The notes: generated from the sequence alone by a model not told the origin. Positions 40,790-50,856 are shown, counted from the stretch's first letter. The stretch is 64,000 nt of DNA from an uncultured Thermoleophilia bacterium (GCA_963772095.1 CAVYVU010000013.1:39358-103357), one strand, 5' to 3'. A program made the numbers and translations.

Positions 40790-41832
40790 CGAAGCCCGGT
40801 CCTTACGCGCGGATTCACCAGCACCGCCAAAACGTCGGCGGCCAGAGTTGCCAGCACATAGACGCCTGCGATAGAAACTGTAAGGATCTGTGCAACCGGC
40901 AAGTCGCGATACTGAATTGCGCTGAAGAGCGACGAACCGATTCCTGGGTAGGAAAAGACCGTCTCGACCGCCACCGCTCCGCCGGCCAGGTAGCCTATTT
41001 GAAGTGCCACCACTTGGGCTGTCGGAGCGACCACGTTGGGAAGTCCGTGCTGCAAGATGACTCTCCACTCGGGTATCCCGTTGAGCCGGGCCTGGGTGAC
41101 GTACGGGCTATCGAGCGCCTCGATCATCGCGCCTCGGATCATATAGGCGACATACGGGAACACGCCCACGCCCAAGGAAACTGCGGGCAATAGCACCAAC
41201 GAGAACTGACTCCAGATACTTTTCGCCGGGTCGATGAGCGACACCGGTGGTAGTAGATGGACGACGCTGGTGGCAAAGACGATGATGAGGGTGAGCCCGG
41301 TGACGAAAGGCGGAATGGCTGTCATGACGAGCCCTACGCCCGACACGAGCCGATCGAGTATGCCACCTCGTCGGACCGCGCATGCTATCCCAACCAACAG
41401 AGCCAGGGGGATCGACAAGAGACAGGCGACCAGCATAAGAGCGAGCGTGTTGCGAACGCGCGGGCCCAGATAGGTGCTCACCGGTTGTCTGTTGGCCAAG
41501 GACGTACCGAGGTTGCCCGTCACGACCCCGCCTATCCAAGAGACGTATTGAACGGCAACCGGGCGGTTCAGACCCAACTGCTGACGCAGCAGTTGCACCT
41601 GTTCTGGTGTGGCGTTCTGGCCCAAGATCGCCCGTGCCGTGTCACCCGGAAGACCCTGGGTGGCAAAGAAGACGAGCAACGTAACAACCCACAGGATGAT
41701 CACCGCGTAGAGACACCGAAACAGAATAAGCCGGGCGAACGGCAATCTGCGTCCGCGCTCGGCCGAACGGCCCTCAGATAGCTCCTCTAGAACTGAGGAA
41801 CCGTCGCCAACCGGTCCGGCTTCGATAGCCAT
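40786..41832 (-). CDS. Peptide ABC permease (DppB-like)
   Basis: LPGDTARAILG, GLNRP..VQY..W...GNLGTS, YVTQARLNG...HGLPN, VETVFSYPGIG. Confidence 0.92.
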   Translation of the reverse strand: MAIEAGPVGDGSSVLEELSEGRSAERGRRLPFARLILFRCLYAVIILWVVTLLVFFATQGLPGDTARAILGQNATPEQVQLLRQQLGLNRPVAVQYVSWIGGVVTGNLGTSLANRQPVSTYLGPRVRNTLALMLVACLLSIPLALLVGIACAVRRGGILDRLVSGVGLVMTAIPPFVTGLTLIIVFATSVVHLLPPVSLIDPAKSIWSQFSLVLLPAVSLGVGVFPYVAYMIRGAMIEALDSPYVTQARLNGIPEWRVILQHGLPNVVAPTAQVVALQIGYLAGGAVAVETVFSYPGIGSSLFSAIQYRDLPVAQILTVSIAGVYVLATLAADVLAVLVNPRVRTGLR

Positions 41833-42253
41833 GCCCCTCCCCACGGTTCCGCCTCGATGTGCAAGATTCTCTCTACTCCCACCGAGGCGATAATGCAAAT
41901 CCCGCGAGCGACTCCAATCGGTCAGTACTCTGGCACGGCTGGATGCTTCTGGCCGTACCCGAAATATCCAACCTAATCAATTGATATCATGACGCTTGAT
42001 ACAAAACAAATCCTGTTTTCATTCGACATGATGCATTTTTGTAGTCGACAACAATAATGGCAATGTGATATATGTGAGAGACACGACCGTGCCGAGAGCC
42101 GGGCGAGGCCACGACAATGATCGGGAGGACGGCTTACACGCACCAGACCTCCGGCGCCGTGACTCAACCCCCCGACGAGTGGCTCTCGCGATGATTCCGA
42201 CGGTTGCGCTAACACACGGCGTCGCAAGCTCTTGTCAGGAGGAGAGTGCGCCC

Positions 42254-43858
42254 ATGGGAACCGAGACCACGCCCTTCAGGAATGAGCCTCCCGTCGACTT
42301 CTCGCTTGAGTCGAGTCGCCAAGCGATGGCTGAAGCACTCGACGTCAGACGCAGACACCTTGGGGGCCATCACCCCCTGATCGTGGACGGCAAAGACGTG
42401 ACCAGCCTTACATCAACCACCTCGGTGAACCCTGCGCATGCCCGTCAGATCATCGGAACGGTATCAGCGGCTGGCCCGAGAGAGGTCGACGCCGCCTTGA
42501 ACGTTGCGCGACAGGCTTTTTCTGCATGGCGCGATACGCTGCCCAGCGAGCGGGCCACCATCATGTTCAAGGCCGCCGCCATCATGCGAGCGCGACGCTT
42601 TCAGCTCTCTGCGCTTCTGGTGCTCGAGGCCGGGAAGCCGTGGATCGAGGCCGACGCGGACACGTGTGAGGCCATTGATTTCCTCGAGTACTACGCTCGC
42701 GAGATGCTTCGTCTTGAAAGACCTTCGCGCCTCGGCCGTGACTCTGCTGAGAGGGGTTTCTACTTCTACGAGCCTCGCGGCGTGGCCGTCGTCATCGCTC
42801 CGTGGAATTTCCCGCTGGCGATTGCCACCGGAATGACGTCGGCGGCTCTTGTGACCGGCAACACGGTCGTCTTCAAGCCTGCCTCTCCCACTTCCGTCTT
42901 GGGCGCCGAGATGGTTCACATATTTCATGAAGCGGGCGTGCCCGTCTCTGCTCTGAGCTTCCTTCCGTGTGTGGGGAAGGACACTGGCGCGATGCTGGTG
43001 CGAGATCCCCGGGTCGACCTGATTGCCTTCACCGGGAGCCTAGAGGTGGGTCTGTTCATCCTCCGCGAAGCCGGCTTGGTGCGCCCAGGGCAGCGCAGCA
43101 TCAAGAAAGTGGTCGCCGAGATGGGCGGCAAGAACGCAATCATCGTAGACTCAGACGCAGACCTCGATTCAGCCGCGGCGGGAGTCGTACGCTCGGCCTT
43201 CTTCTACTCGGGGCAAAAGTGCTCAGCCTGTAGTCGCGTAATCGTCCACGAGGCCGTTTACAAACCGTTTCTAGAGCGCCTGCTGGATCAGACCTCCTCC
43301 CTCGCAGTGGGCGACCCAGCCGACCAAGGGACGCAAGTAGGCCCCGTAATTTCTGCAGAAGCGCGCAGCAAGATCCTCGCGTACATCGAGAGAGGGAAGG
43401 GGGAGGCGCGGCTGGTCCTTCCGTCCAATGGCGAAGAGCCGCAATCGGACGGTTTCTTTGTACGACCCCATGTCTTTGTCGACGTCTCCCGGGGCGCGAC
43501 GATTGCTCAAGAGGAGATCTTTGGTCCTGTCCTAGCCGTATTCAAGACCGCGGACTTCGATCAGGCGCTCGAGTTGGCGCTGAGCGTGCCCTACGCACTA
43601 ACAGGGGGAGTCTACTCGCGGGATCCGCACAATCTTCGGAGAGCTTTCCGTGAGTTCCGGGTGGGCAATCTCTATATCAACCGCCATATCACTGGAGCCT
43701 TGGTCGGGCTTCACCCCTTCGGTGGCTCGCGAATGAGCGGTGTAGGGTCAAAGGCCGGCGGTCCAGACTACTTGCTCCAGTTCCTTGAACCTCGAGTGGT
43801 TACCGAGAGCCTCACGGACATCGACATGGACTTGGTCGGAAGCCTCTATTCTGCCTGA
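42254..43858 (+). CDS. pruA: L-glutamate gamma-semialdehyde (P5C) dehydrogenase, stand-alone RocA/PruA type
   Basis: FRNEP, EADADTCEAIDFLEYY, PWNFPLAI, AEMGGKN, GQKCSACSR, EEIFGP, GSKAGGPDYL; no proline dehydrogenase domain. Confidence 0.88.
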   Translation: MGTETTPFRNEPPVDFSLESSRQAMAEALDVRRRHLGGHHPLIVDGKDVTSLTSTTSVNPAHARQIIGTVSAAGPREVDAALNVARQAFSAWRDTLPSERATIMFKAAAIMRARRFQLSALLVLEAGKPWIEADADTCEAIDFLEYYAREMLRLERPSRLGRDSAERGFYFYEPRGVAVVIAPWNFPLAIATGMTSAALVTGNTVVFKPASPTSVLGAEMVHIFHEAGVPVSALSFLPCVGKDTGAMLVRDPRVDLIAFTGSLEVGLFILREAGLVRPGQRSIKKVVAEMGGKNAIIVDSDADLDSAAAGVVRSAFFYSGQKCSACSRVIVHEAVYKPFLERLLDQTSSLAVGDPADQGTQVGPVISAEARSKILAYIERGKGEARLVLPSNGEEPQSDGFFVRPHVFVDVSRGATIAQEEIFGPVLAVFKTADFDQALELALSVPYALTGGVYSRDPHNLRRAFREFRVGNLYINRHITGALVGLHPFGGSRMSGVGSKAGGPDYLLQFLEPRVVTESLTDIDMDLVGSLYSA

Positions 43859-43934
43859 GGCGCGTCTGCCAAGATGGCCACATGTGTACGATGAGATCCC
43901 CGCCCGGCCGGATCCTGAAAGATCGGCCAACCAC

Positions 43935-45317
43935 ATGAGCCGGACAGCCGAAGCTCGGCCCCGAGCGACCGCCGATCTTGCGCACCACGAAATCGTTCGG
44001 ACCTGGTGGCCGCTAGCTGGCAGCTGGCTCCTGATGAGCATTGAAGGCCCGGCGATGGCCGCCATCATCGCCCGCCTTGCTCACCCCGAAATAAACCTTG
44101 CAGCATACGGCGGTCTGGTCTTTCCCATCGCCGTGTTGATCGAGGCCCCCATAATGATGATCTTGGCTGCCTCCACAGCCCTGAGCCGTGATTGGCTATG
44201 CTACGCAAAGCTGCGTAGGTTCACGCATGTACTTGGGGCTGGTCTGACAGCGATTCACGTAATCCTGGTGGCCACGCCTGTGTACTACTTTGTGGCCCGA
44301 GGGCTGGTACACGCGCCCGAGGAGATCATCAGACCCGCGCGGCTGGGTCTTCTCATCGTGATCCCCTGGACGTGGTCGATCGCCTACCGCCGCTTCGGCC
44401 AGGGAGTCCTCATCCGCCTTCGCCGTTCCATCTGGGTAGGCACAGGAACCGTGATAAGACTGGCAGCTGAAGTCGCGGTTCTAGCCGTAGGGTACGCCAT
44501 CGGCTCGCTTGCCGGCGTAGCGGTTGCAGCCCTGGCCATGAATGCGGGAGTGATGAGTGAAGCACTCTTTGTCTTCATTGTCCTACGGAAACCGCTGAAG
44601 ACTGAATTGAAGCCCGCACCTATACTTCAGCGGCCGTTCACCACGCGGGAGCTCATACGCTTCTACGTCCCACTCGCCTTGACATCGACGATAGCGCAGA
44701 TCTGCGCCCCTATCGGCAGCGCGGCCATAAGCCGCATGCCCAGAGCTCTCGACTCTTTGGCAACGTGGCCGGTGGTGAGCGCGATGAGACTCCTGGCGAG
44801 CAGCCCGGGTCTTGCTTACAACGAAACCGTAGTAGCCCTCGTTGAGCGACCGAAATCATCTCAAAGGCTATGGAGATTCAGTCTCACCCTGAGTGCGTTC
44901 GCCACGGCCGGTCTCGTATTGCTCATCACTCCACCAGTGGCGAACCTCGTATTCAAGAGCCTCCTTCATCTACCTCCAGCGGTTGCCCTACTTAGCCATC
45001 GCAGCCTGTGGTTCCTCTTGCCGATGCCGACGATCGCGGTACTTCAAAGTTGGTATCAGGGCGTAATCCTACACAGCGGAAGGACGCGGAGCATCATCGA
45101 ATCGGTTCTGCTCTTCACGGTGGTCATCGCCAGTTTCCTGGCTGCTGGGGTGAGTTGGGGGATCTTCACCGGTATATACGTGGCAGCAGGAACGTTCACA
45201 GTTGGCGATATCGTGCGGACGGTATGGCTGTGGATCCGCAGCAGAAGTGCCCGCCGATCACTCGCGGCCAGAGATTCGGAAACGATCGAGGCTGTTGATT
45301 CGGCCGCCGCGAGCTGA
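43935..45317 (+). CDS. MATE/MOP-superfamily (ANKH-like) membrane transporter
   Basis: WWPLAGSWLLMSIEGP..AAIIARL..PEINLAAYG; two-fold internal symmetry (FYVPLALT...ISRMP...LATW); about 12 TM segments. Confidence 0.65.
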   Translation: MSRTAEARPRATADLAHHEIVRTWWPLAGSWLLMSIEGPAMAAIIARLAHPEINLAAYGGLVFPIAVLIEAPIMMILAASTALSRDWLCYAKLRRFTHVLGAGLTAIHVILVATPVYYFVARGLVHAPEEIIRPARLGLLIVIPWTWSIAYRRFGQGVLIRLRRSIWVGTGTVIRLAAEVAVLAVGYAIGSLAGVAVAALAMNAGVMSEALFVFIVLRKPLKTELKPAPILQRPFTTRELIRFYVPLALTSTIAQICAPIGSAAISRMPRALDSLATWPVVSAMRLLASSPGLAYNETVVALVERPKSSQRLWRFSLTLSAFATAGLVLLITPPVANLVFKSLLHLPPAVALLSHRSLWFLLPMPTIAVLQSWYQGVILHSGRTRSIIESVLLFTVVIASFLAAGVSWGIFTGIYVAAGTFTVGDIVRTVWLWIRSRSARRSLAARDSETIEAVDSAAAS

Positions 45318-45398
45318 TGAACCGGCTTCCATCCCCTCGTATGCCGTCGTGGACCCTCTTCTATGCGCGCAGAGCAGCGACCCGAGAGCGATCTACAA

Positions 45399-46238
45399 TC
45401 AACTATCCTGCCCCTTGGAAAACGAGCTCGCCTCCTGTAGGTGTCGACTTCGCTCCATGGCCGCTTCAACCGCGTGTTGAAAGGCGTCCCGAACTTCTCG
45501 GTCTATCAATACTTCCATCCCCGCGCTATCTACCTCAGAATGCGAGGTCGTCTGTTCAATGAGTTCAGCCGGAGACTCCGAGTAAGCCGACAGCAGTTGC
45601 GCGGTGGTGACCGCTGTCTGTCGCACAAAAGCACGGGCCATGGCTCTCGGCAAACCTACCGCGACAGCTCCGTCTTCAAGGCTCTCGAGGGCGAGCGCGA
45701 GAAAACCGGGACCTGTTCCAGACACAGCCGTGACGGCGTCCAGCATCTTCTCCGGTACTACCTCACAAATGCCCAGGGCGTCGAACAGACCAATCACACT
45801 CTGCATGTCAACATCCGGCGTGTTGGGTTCAGAAGAGAGGGCCACGACACCGACTCCGAGTTCCACCCCTAGGTTTGGCATGATCCGGTAGAGAGCAGGT
45901 CCCGGGCCGATGGTCTTCCGAAGCCATTTCAGGTGGACCCCGGCCATTGACGAGACTATGGTCTGATCCTTTCGCACGAATGGAGCTACAGCAGTCAGAA
46001 CGCCGAGTGCATCCTTAGGCTTTACGACCACGAACAGAACATCTACATTTCTTACCAGATCTTCGAGGGAGCGAGCCAGCGACACGGGGCCAGGAGTAAG
46101 CAGCCGAAAGGCCGACTCTTTGATCTTATCCCAAACGAGTATTTCCAGGCCTGGCTCCGGCGCACGAAGCCAGCCCTTGACCAAGGCGGAGCCCATGTTG
46201 CCGGTACCTATGACTCCGAGGGTCATTCCCATAATCAT
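45399..46238 (-). CDS. proC: Pyrroline-5-carboxylate reductase-like protein (divergent C-terminus)
   Basis: IGTGNMGSA, VVKP, SSMAGV, RIMPN, DAVTAVSGTGPG, EDGAVAVGLPR. Confidence 0.82.
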   Translation of the reverse strand: MIMGMTLGVIGTGNMGSALVKGWLRAPEPGLEILVWDKIKESAFRLLTPGPVSLARSLEDLVRNVDVLFVVVKPKDALGVLTAVAPFVRKDQTIVSSMAGVHLKWLRKTIGPGPALYRIMPNLGVELGVGVVALSSEPNTPDVDMQSVIGLFDALGICEVVPEKMLDAVTAVSGTGPGFLALALESLEDGAVAVGLPRAMARAFVRQTAVTTAQLLSAYSESPAELIEQTTSHSEVDSAGMEVLIDREVRDAFQHAVEAAMERSRHLQEASSFSKGQDS

Positions 46239-46433
46239 CTGTCCTAAGTGTCGCGATTCTTCCTAATAAGCGCCTGGGACCTGCAAGGATTCGCTCGACG
46301 GGCCTCGACATTTGGGTGGCGTCCTTCAGCGTCAGCGCTAGCACACATGTTCGAGACCAAGACCGGCCCTCCCTTCATTCTCAGTTGCCTTTACTCACAT
46401 TCGCCGATTGCCGGAGAAGCCGTGGCCAGATGA

Positions 46434-47123
46434 TCAAAGACCGGCCCAGAGTCTTCCCAGAGCGTTGTGCCAGTGGTCGAAGGCCACCCTTTCCGCCTCG
46501 TCCGGTGAATGGCTTCTGAGGGCTTCTAGGATGCGCTCGTGCTCGCCAATAGAGGGCATCGTCGGAACGCCACGGCCGTAAGCAAAACGCCAAAAGCGAA
46601 CCGAATAGCGGTTCAAGCGCATTGCCGCATCCCGGAGGTACTTGTTTTGAGTAGCAGCCAGGACTGCCTCGTGAAAGCGTAGATTCAGCAGAGCAGCCTG
46701 GTCTACATCCCCCGCTTCGGCAGCGGATCTCTCCGCGTTCAAGATCGACTCGATCTCCCCCAACTCAGCCTCGGTGATCCGTACTGCAGCCAGTCTCGCC
46801 GCAAAAGGCTCCAGACCCTCTTGACACTCCGAGATGAGCGCATAATCGGCGATGTCGAGCCCCGCGACAGTGCTTCCCATGCCTGGGATTTGTTTGATCA
46901 AATACTCCTGCGCGAGAACGAGCAGGGCTTCCCTTAATGGAGTCCTGCCGACGCCGAGTTGCTTGGCAAGCTGACTCTCACTCACGACGGCACCGGGTGG
47001 CAGCTCGAAACTCACGATCATGGACCTAATGGTCTCCACCAAGTCTGTCGACTGGCGAGCCATCCGGCGCCGTGGCATGGGCCGGTTTGTTTGCGACGAT
47101 CCAGCCTCGGACAATGTCACCAC
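46434..47123 (-). CDS. GntR family regulator (FCD domain), paralog 2
   Basis: SESQLAKQLGVGRTPLREAL; NLRFH...EHERILEAL; closely similar to 33988..34677; start uncertain. Confidence 0.92.
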   Translation of the reverse strand: MVTLSEAGSSQTNRPMPRRRMARQSTDLVETIRSMIVSFELPPGAVVSESQLAKQLGVGRTPLREALLVLAQEYLIKQIPGMGSTVAGLDIADYALISECQEGLEPFAARLAAVRITEAELGEIESILNAERSAAEAGDVDQAALLNLRFHEAVLAATQNKYLRDAAMRLNRYSVRFWRFAYGRGVPTMPSIGEHERILEALRSHSPDEAERVAFDHWHNALGRLWAGL

Positions 47124-47441
47124 TCCTCATTGGCTCAAGCGCGAACGAGATAAAATGCTTCAGACCAAGCCAACTGTGCTACCCGCACACGCGAACTCAC
47201 GGCTACACGGGCAAAGGCTAGCCCAAGTGACCCCGAGCCAACGAATGTTCCGGGACCAGAATGATACCCGAAGTATACCGTCATCAATGCGCGAGATATT
47301 CTCCAAGTATTTTCGACTTGATTTGGCTCGTTGCTTCCGCTCCAGCGACTGATCGAGTACGTGGGTCGAGAACTGGGCAAGTCCATCTGCGACGAGACCT
47401 ACTCCGATTGGCCTCTATGAATCAAACCAACCCTCGGCGTT

Positions 47442-48722
47442 CTACAGAACGATAAGTTCCATCGGGAAGCTGCCGAGAACAAGGGGTTCGTCCTCCTTGA
47501 TAATGCAAGTCTTCTGGGCATTGGCCGACCTAGCCCCTTGGCGAACCTCGCCACCACCATAAATGACCACAGAATGACCGGGTTCTAACACGATGTCTTC
47601 CCAAGAGAACTGCGGCTGCGGCCGGTCGATTGTATTGATGCCAATGCCGGAAATCTCGCCGAGGAAGCAGCCGTGTATCAGGTTTTCCCTGTCTTTTTCG
47701 GGAGTTGTGACCAGGGGCTCAAACCCATGGTCAACTTTGTAAAGGTTGACCTTCTTGTGGATGTCGGCCCCCGTGGCACCAGGACGCAGTAGAGACGCCG
47801 TATAGTAAAGCATCTCCACCGCTTCATCCCACACTTCCCTGATCTCCGGATGGGGTTCGCTGAAGAAGAAATTACGACCATTGGTGGCGTAGTAGCCACC
47901 ACTGCCCTGGGCTTCCAACATTAGGCCGACATAGTCGTCCTCTCCGAGACGGTAGTTCGGGTCGTCTGCAAAGCGCGTGCTGACCCCCGCATTCGCGCTG
48001 GACGTTTCGTCATCGGCGCTGAACGCCGCGTTGCGGCCGAAGCCGACCAGAACCTTTCCCATCAGCGTGGGGTCGGCGCCCCACAGCACCATCTGTCGGG
48101 TGATATCCGCTGTGATTTCCCAGAACGCGCGGCCGGGATGGAGGTAGTTAGCGGCGCTGGCGAATACCCTCTCCTGAATGGCCACAGCATCTGCTATCAG
48201 TTCAATCTCCTCATCGCTCTTGACCGCCTTCATGTGCTCGATTTCATTACTGAAATCAATGATCTCCACCCTGGGCGCCGTCTCCTCTAGATACTGTTTG
48301 AAAGCAGCCGTCAAATACCCCAAGCCATCATAGGCAATACGTTTGGCGCCTTTGATGTGTGTACGCATGTCCACGACCCCGGTGTAGGGGTCCCGGCTCT
48401 TCAGATTGCAGCAGGCCTTGACCCCTGGGATTTCGGCGAGTTCGCCGTCCACGGGGAGGATTAACGTCATGGTATTCCGGTAGCCGTTGTAGCCGCCCAA
48501 CCAGTACAGAGAAGAATGGCAGCCGAAAGTCGCAGTGGGGAACCAGCCCTGGGCAATCAACAGGTCACAGTCCATTTCCCTGAGTTTGGCGCGAACCAGA
48601 GTATGGCGACGTTCAATTTCCTCCTTCGAAAACCGCGAGATGCCGGTGTGTCCGAAGGGCTTATCGTTCGCCAGATGGAAGATCATATTCGGCCATCTTC
48701 GGGCATCAAACAATTCGAACAT
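47442..48722 (-). CDS. M24 (creatinase/Xaa-Pro peptidase fold) protein, paralog 2
   Basis: FSKEEIERRH, KAVKSDEEI, GGYYATNGR, LRPG; colinear with 31342..32616 (shared RWPNM, WFPTATF, FRNTMT/YRNTMT, INTIDRP). Confidence 0.8.
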   Translation of the reverse strand: MFELFDARRWPNMIFHLANDKPFGHTGISRFSKEEIERRHTLVRAKLREMDCDLLIAQGWFPTATFGCHSSLYWLGGYNGYRNTMTLILPVDGELAEIPGVKACCNLKSRDPYTGVVDMRTHIKGAKRIAYDGLGYLTAAFKQYLEETAPRVEIIDFSNEIEHMKAVKSDEEIELIADAVAIQERVFASAANYLHPGRAFWEITADITRQMVLWGADPTLMGKVLVGFGRNAAFSADDETSSANAGVSTRFADDPNYRLGEDDYVGLMLEAQGSGGYYATNGRNFFFSEPHPEIREVWDEAVEMLYYTASLLRPGATGADIHKKVNLYKVDHGFEPLVTTPEKDRENLIHGCFLGEISGIGINTIDRPQPQFSWEDIVLEPGHSVVIYGGGEVRQGARSANAQKTCIIKEDEPLVLGSFPMELIVL

Positions 48723-49300
48723 GGTCTCTGGTTCCTCCTTTGCTTTCTGAATTCAGACCAGAAACTCGAGCAGATTATCTGCTCAGCTCATATCCTGCAG
48801 CCACAGGAATCTTACCTCGACCTCATTTCCCAAGCGATAGTTCGGTCGGTGTCACAGATTCTTAGCCGCAGCACAAATCCTTGGGAATCTTACTTCGGGA
48901 CCGGAGCCACCGTCGCCCACCTGCAGGAGCCGCCTTCTGAAAGTGACGCCCAACTACCGGAGCAATAGTGCCCAGTATCTAGCGGGACCACACAGGCGGG
49001 ACCACGAACATCCGTTGATATTCCCTTGACTTTCCGCGCGATTTCGGCCTTCAAGTGTGCTTGCCCGATCCACACAGAGGAAAGCCCCGCAAACGGGGCT
49101 TCCGGAAATGAGGCGTGATGGTCTCGCACTATCGACCATCGGATTAGAAAGCGGGAACTACGGTCCCTCGAGCGTGCGGCCTCATAGCATGAGCTCGGGT
49201 CGATGCTCCGCCAAGAGGAGCAAAGACTCGCCACAATCACTGAACTAGTGTTGGCCGACAGATACAATGACAGTCAAAACGACCGCGCTCGTCGCGGTCC

Positions 49301-50856
49301 TTGTTAGATCGGAACAACAGCCGGTTGCAGGACATTTCCACGACCAAGGTACAGAGCCCGTCGGAGCTACAGCGGCGGCGGTGGCGCGTGCTCGTCATCG
49401 CTTCGGTGGGCGTGTTCATGGCCACCCTCGATTCGAGCATCGTGGCCGTGGCCTTGCCGGTCATAGGTCCCCATCTGCGCCTCACCTACAGCGATGCCCT
49501 GTGGGTTCAGGCGGCCTACATTCTAGTTGTCACCGTTCTCGTCATCCCCGTGGGGCGCTTGGCCGACATGCGGGGCCCCTTGCGCCTCTACACTCTTGGG
49601 GTCCTCCTTTTCGGCCTTTTCTCGGTGGTGGCGGCGCTCTCCTCTGACGGCCTCTTTCTCGTTGTGGCCAGGGTCTTTCAAGGGGTGGGTGGCGCGTTGC
49701 TCGCCGCCACGAGTGCGGCCATCGTGACCGCGGCGTTCCCGCCGGAAGAGCGGGGCCGGGCGCTCGGCCTCAACTTCATGGTCGCCTACCTCGGCCTCAC
49801 TCTGGGCCCACCCTTGGGCGGCCTCATTGTCACCCATCTCGGCTGGCGCTGGATATTCCTTGTTAATGCCCCGATCGCGGTCGCTATCCTCGTTGGGGGC
49901 TGGGATCTCCTCGGCGCCGAGCGACGGGACCGAGCGGCCGAGCGCGAGCGAAGAGGCATTCCCGTGGAGCGGTGGCCACATCGACACTCTGGGCGCGGCT
50001 CTCTTGGGGATGATGCTGGCGACCTTGTTTGTGCCCTTGATCTTCTCCCCGCTGTGGGGGTGGGCGAACGGGCGCACGATCGGTCTCCTGGCCGCGGCGG
50101 TCGTCTTGGCTGGAGTGTTCGTTCTCGTTGAGGGCCGGGTGAGAGACCCCGTCCTTGACCTTAGCCTCTTCCGGCGCAATCGCGTGTTTGCCGGAGCCAA
50201 CGCCGCTTCCCTTCTCTATTTTGCGGCTACCTATGGGGTAACCATCTTCACGGCGGTGTTCTTGGAAGTAGTCCAAGGGCGCTCAGCCCAGCGGGCTGGA
50301 CTTATCCTGCTGACTCAGCCGGCTATCATGACGGCCTTTGCTCCGTTCACCGGTCGGCTCTCGGACCGAGTCGGCTCGCACGGTCTAGCCGCCGCGGGGA
50401 TGATCGTCATGGCGGCAGGAATGGGGCAGTTGGCCCTCGTCTCTTCCTCGACCTCCGTCTGGCGGGTCGCTGGCCGCGCTGGCTACCTTGGGTCTGGGGA
50501 TGGCCTTCTTCGCCGCTCCCAATGTCTCCGCCGTCATGGGCTCGGTTGACCGGTCTCAGTTGGGCGTGGCTTCGGGGGTTCGCGCCACCATGAACTTCTG
50601 TGGGCAAGGGCTATCCATAGCCCTGCTCGGCGCCATTGCCGCCTCCAAGTTGGGCCCGGCGGGCGGACGCGTCATCTTGCTGGGCGAGAGCGCAGGCCTC
50701 ACCAACGCCCAGGCCTTCGCCGCCGGCTACCGGGAGGCGATGCTGGCGGGGGCCGGGCTGGCCCTCGCCGGTGCCTTGGCTTCACTCGTACGGGAGAAAA
50801 GACCGAAAAAAGTGGCGGCACTGGGAGCCTCAGGCCATCCCGCCGCCCTAGACTAA
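49301..50856 (+). CDS. DHA2 (EmrB/QacA) family MFS transporter, two frameshifts
   Basis: MATLDSSIVAVALP, GRLAD, FPPEERGRALG, WRWIFLVNAP, PVLDLSLFRRNR, GRLSDR; pieces in ORFs 49301..50131, 49827..50549 and 50488..50856. Confidence 0.88.

Noticed and set aside
48982-49101. GCGGGACCAC direct repeat and AAGCCCCG/CGGGGCTT hairpin in the gap before the MFS gene
   Set aside because: Real sequence features, but short and not attributable to a gene or element
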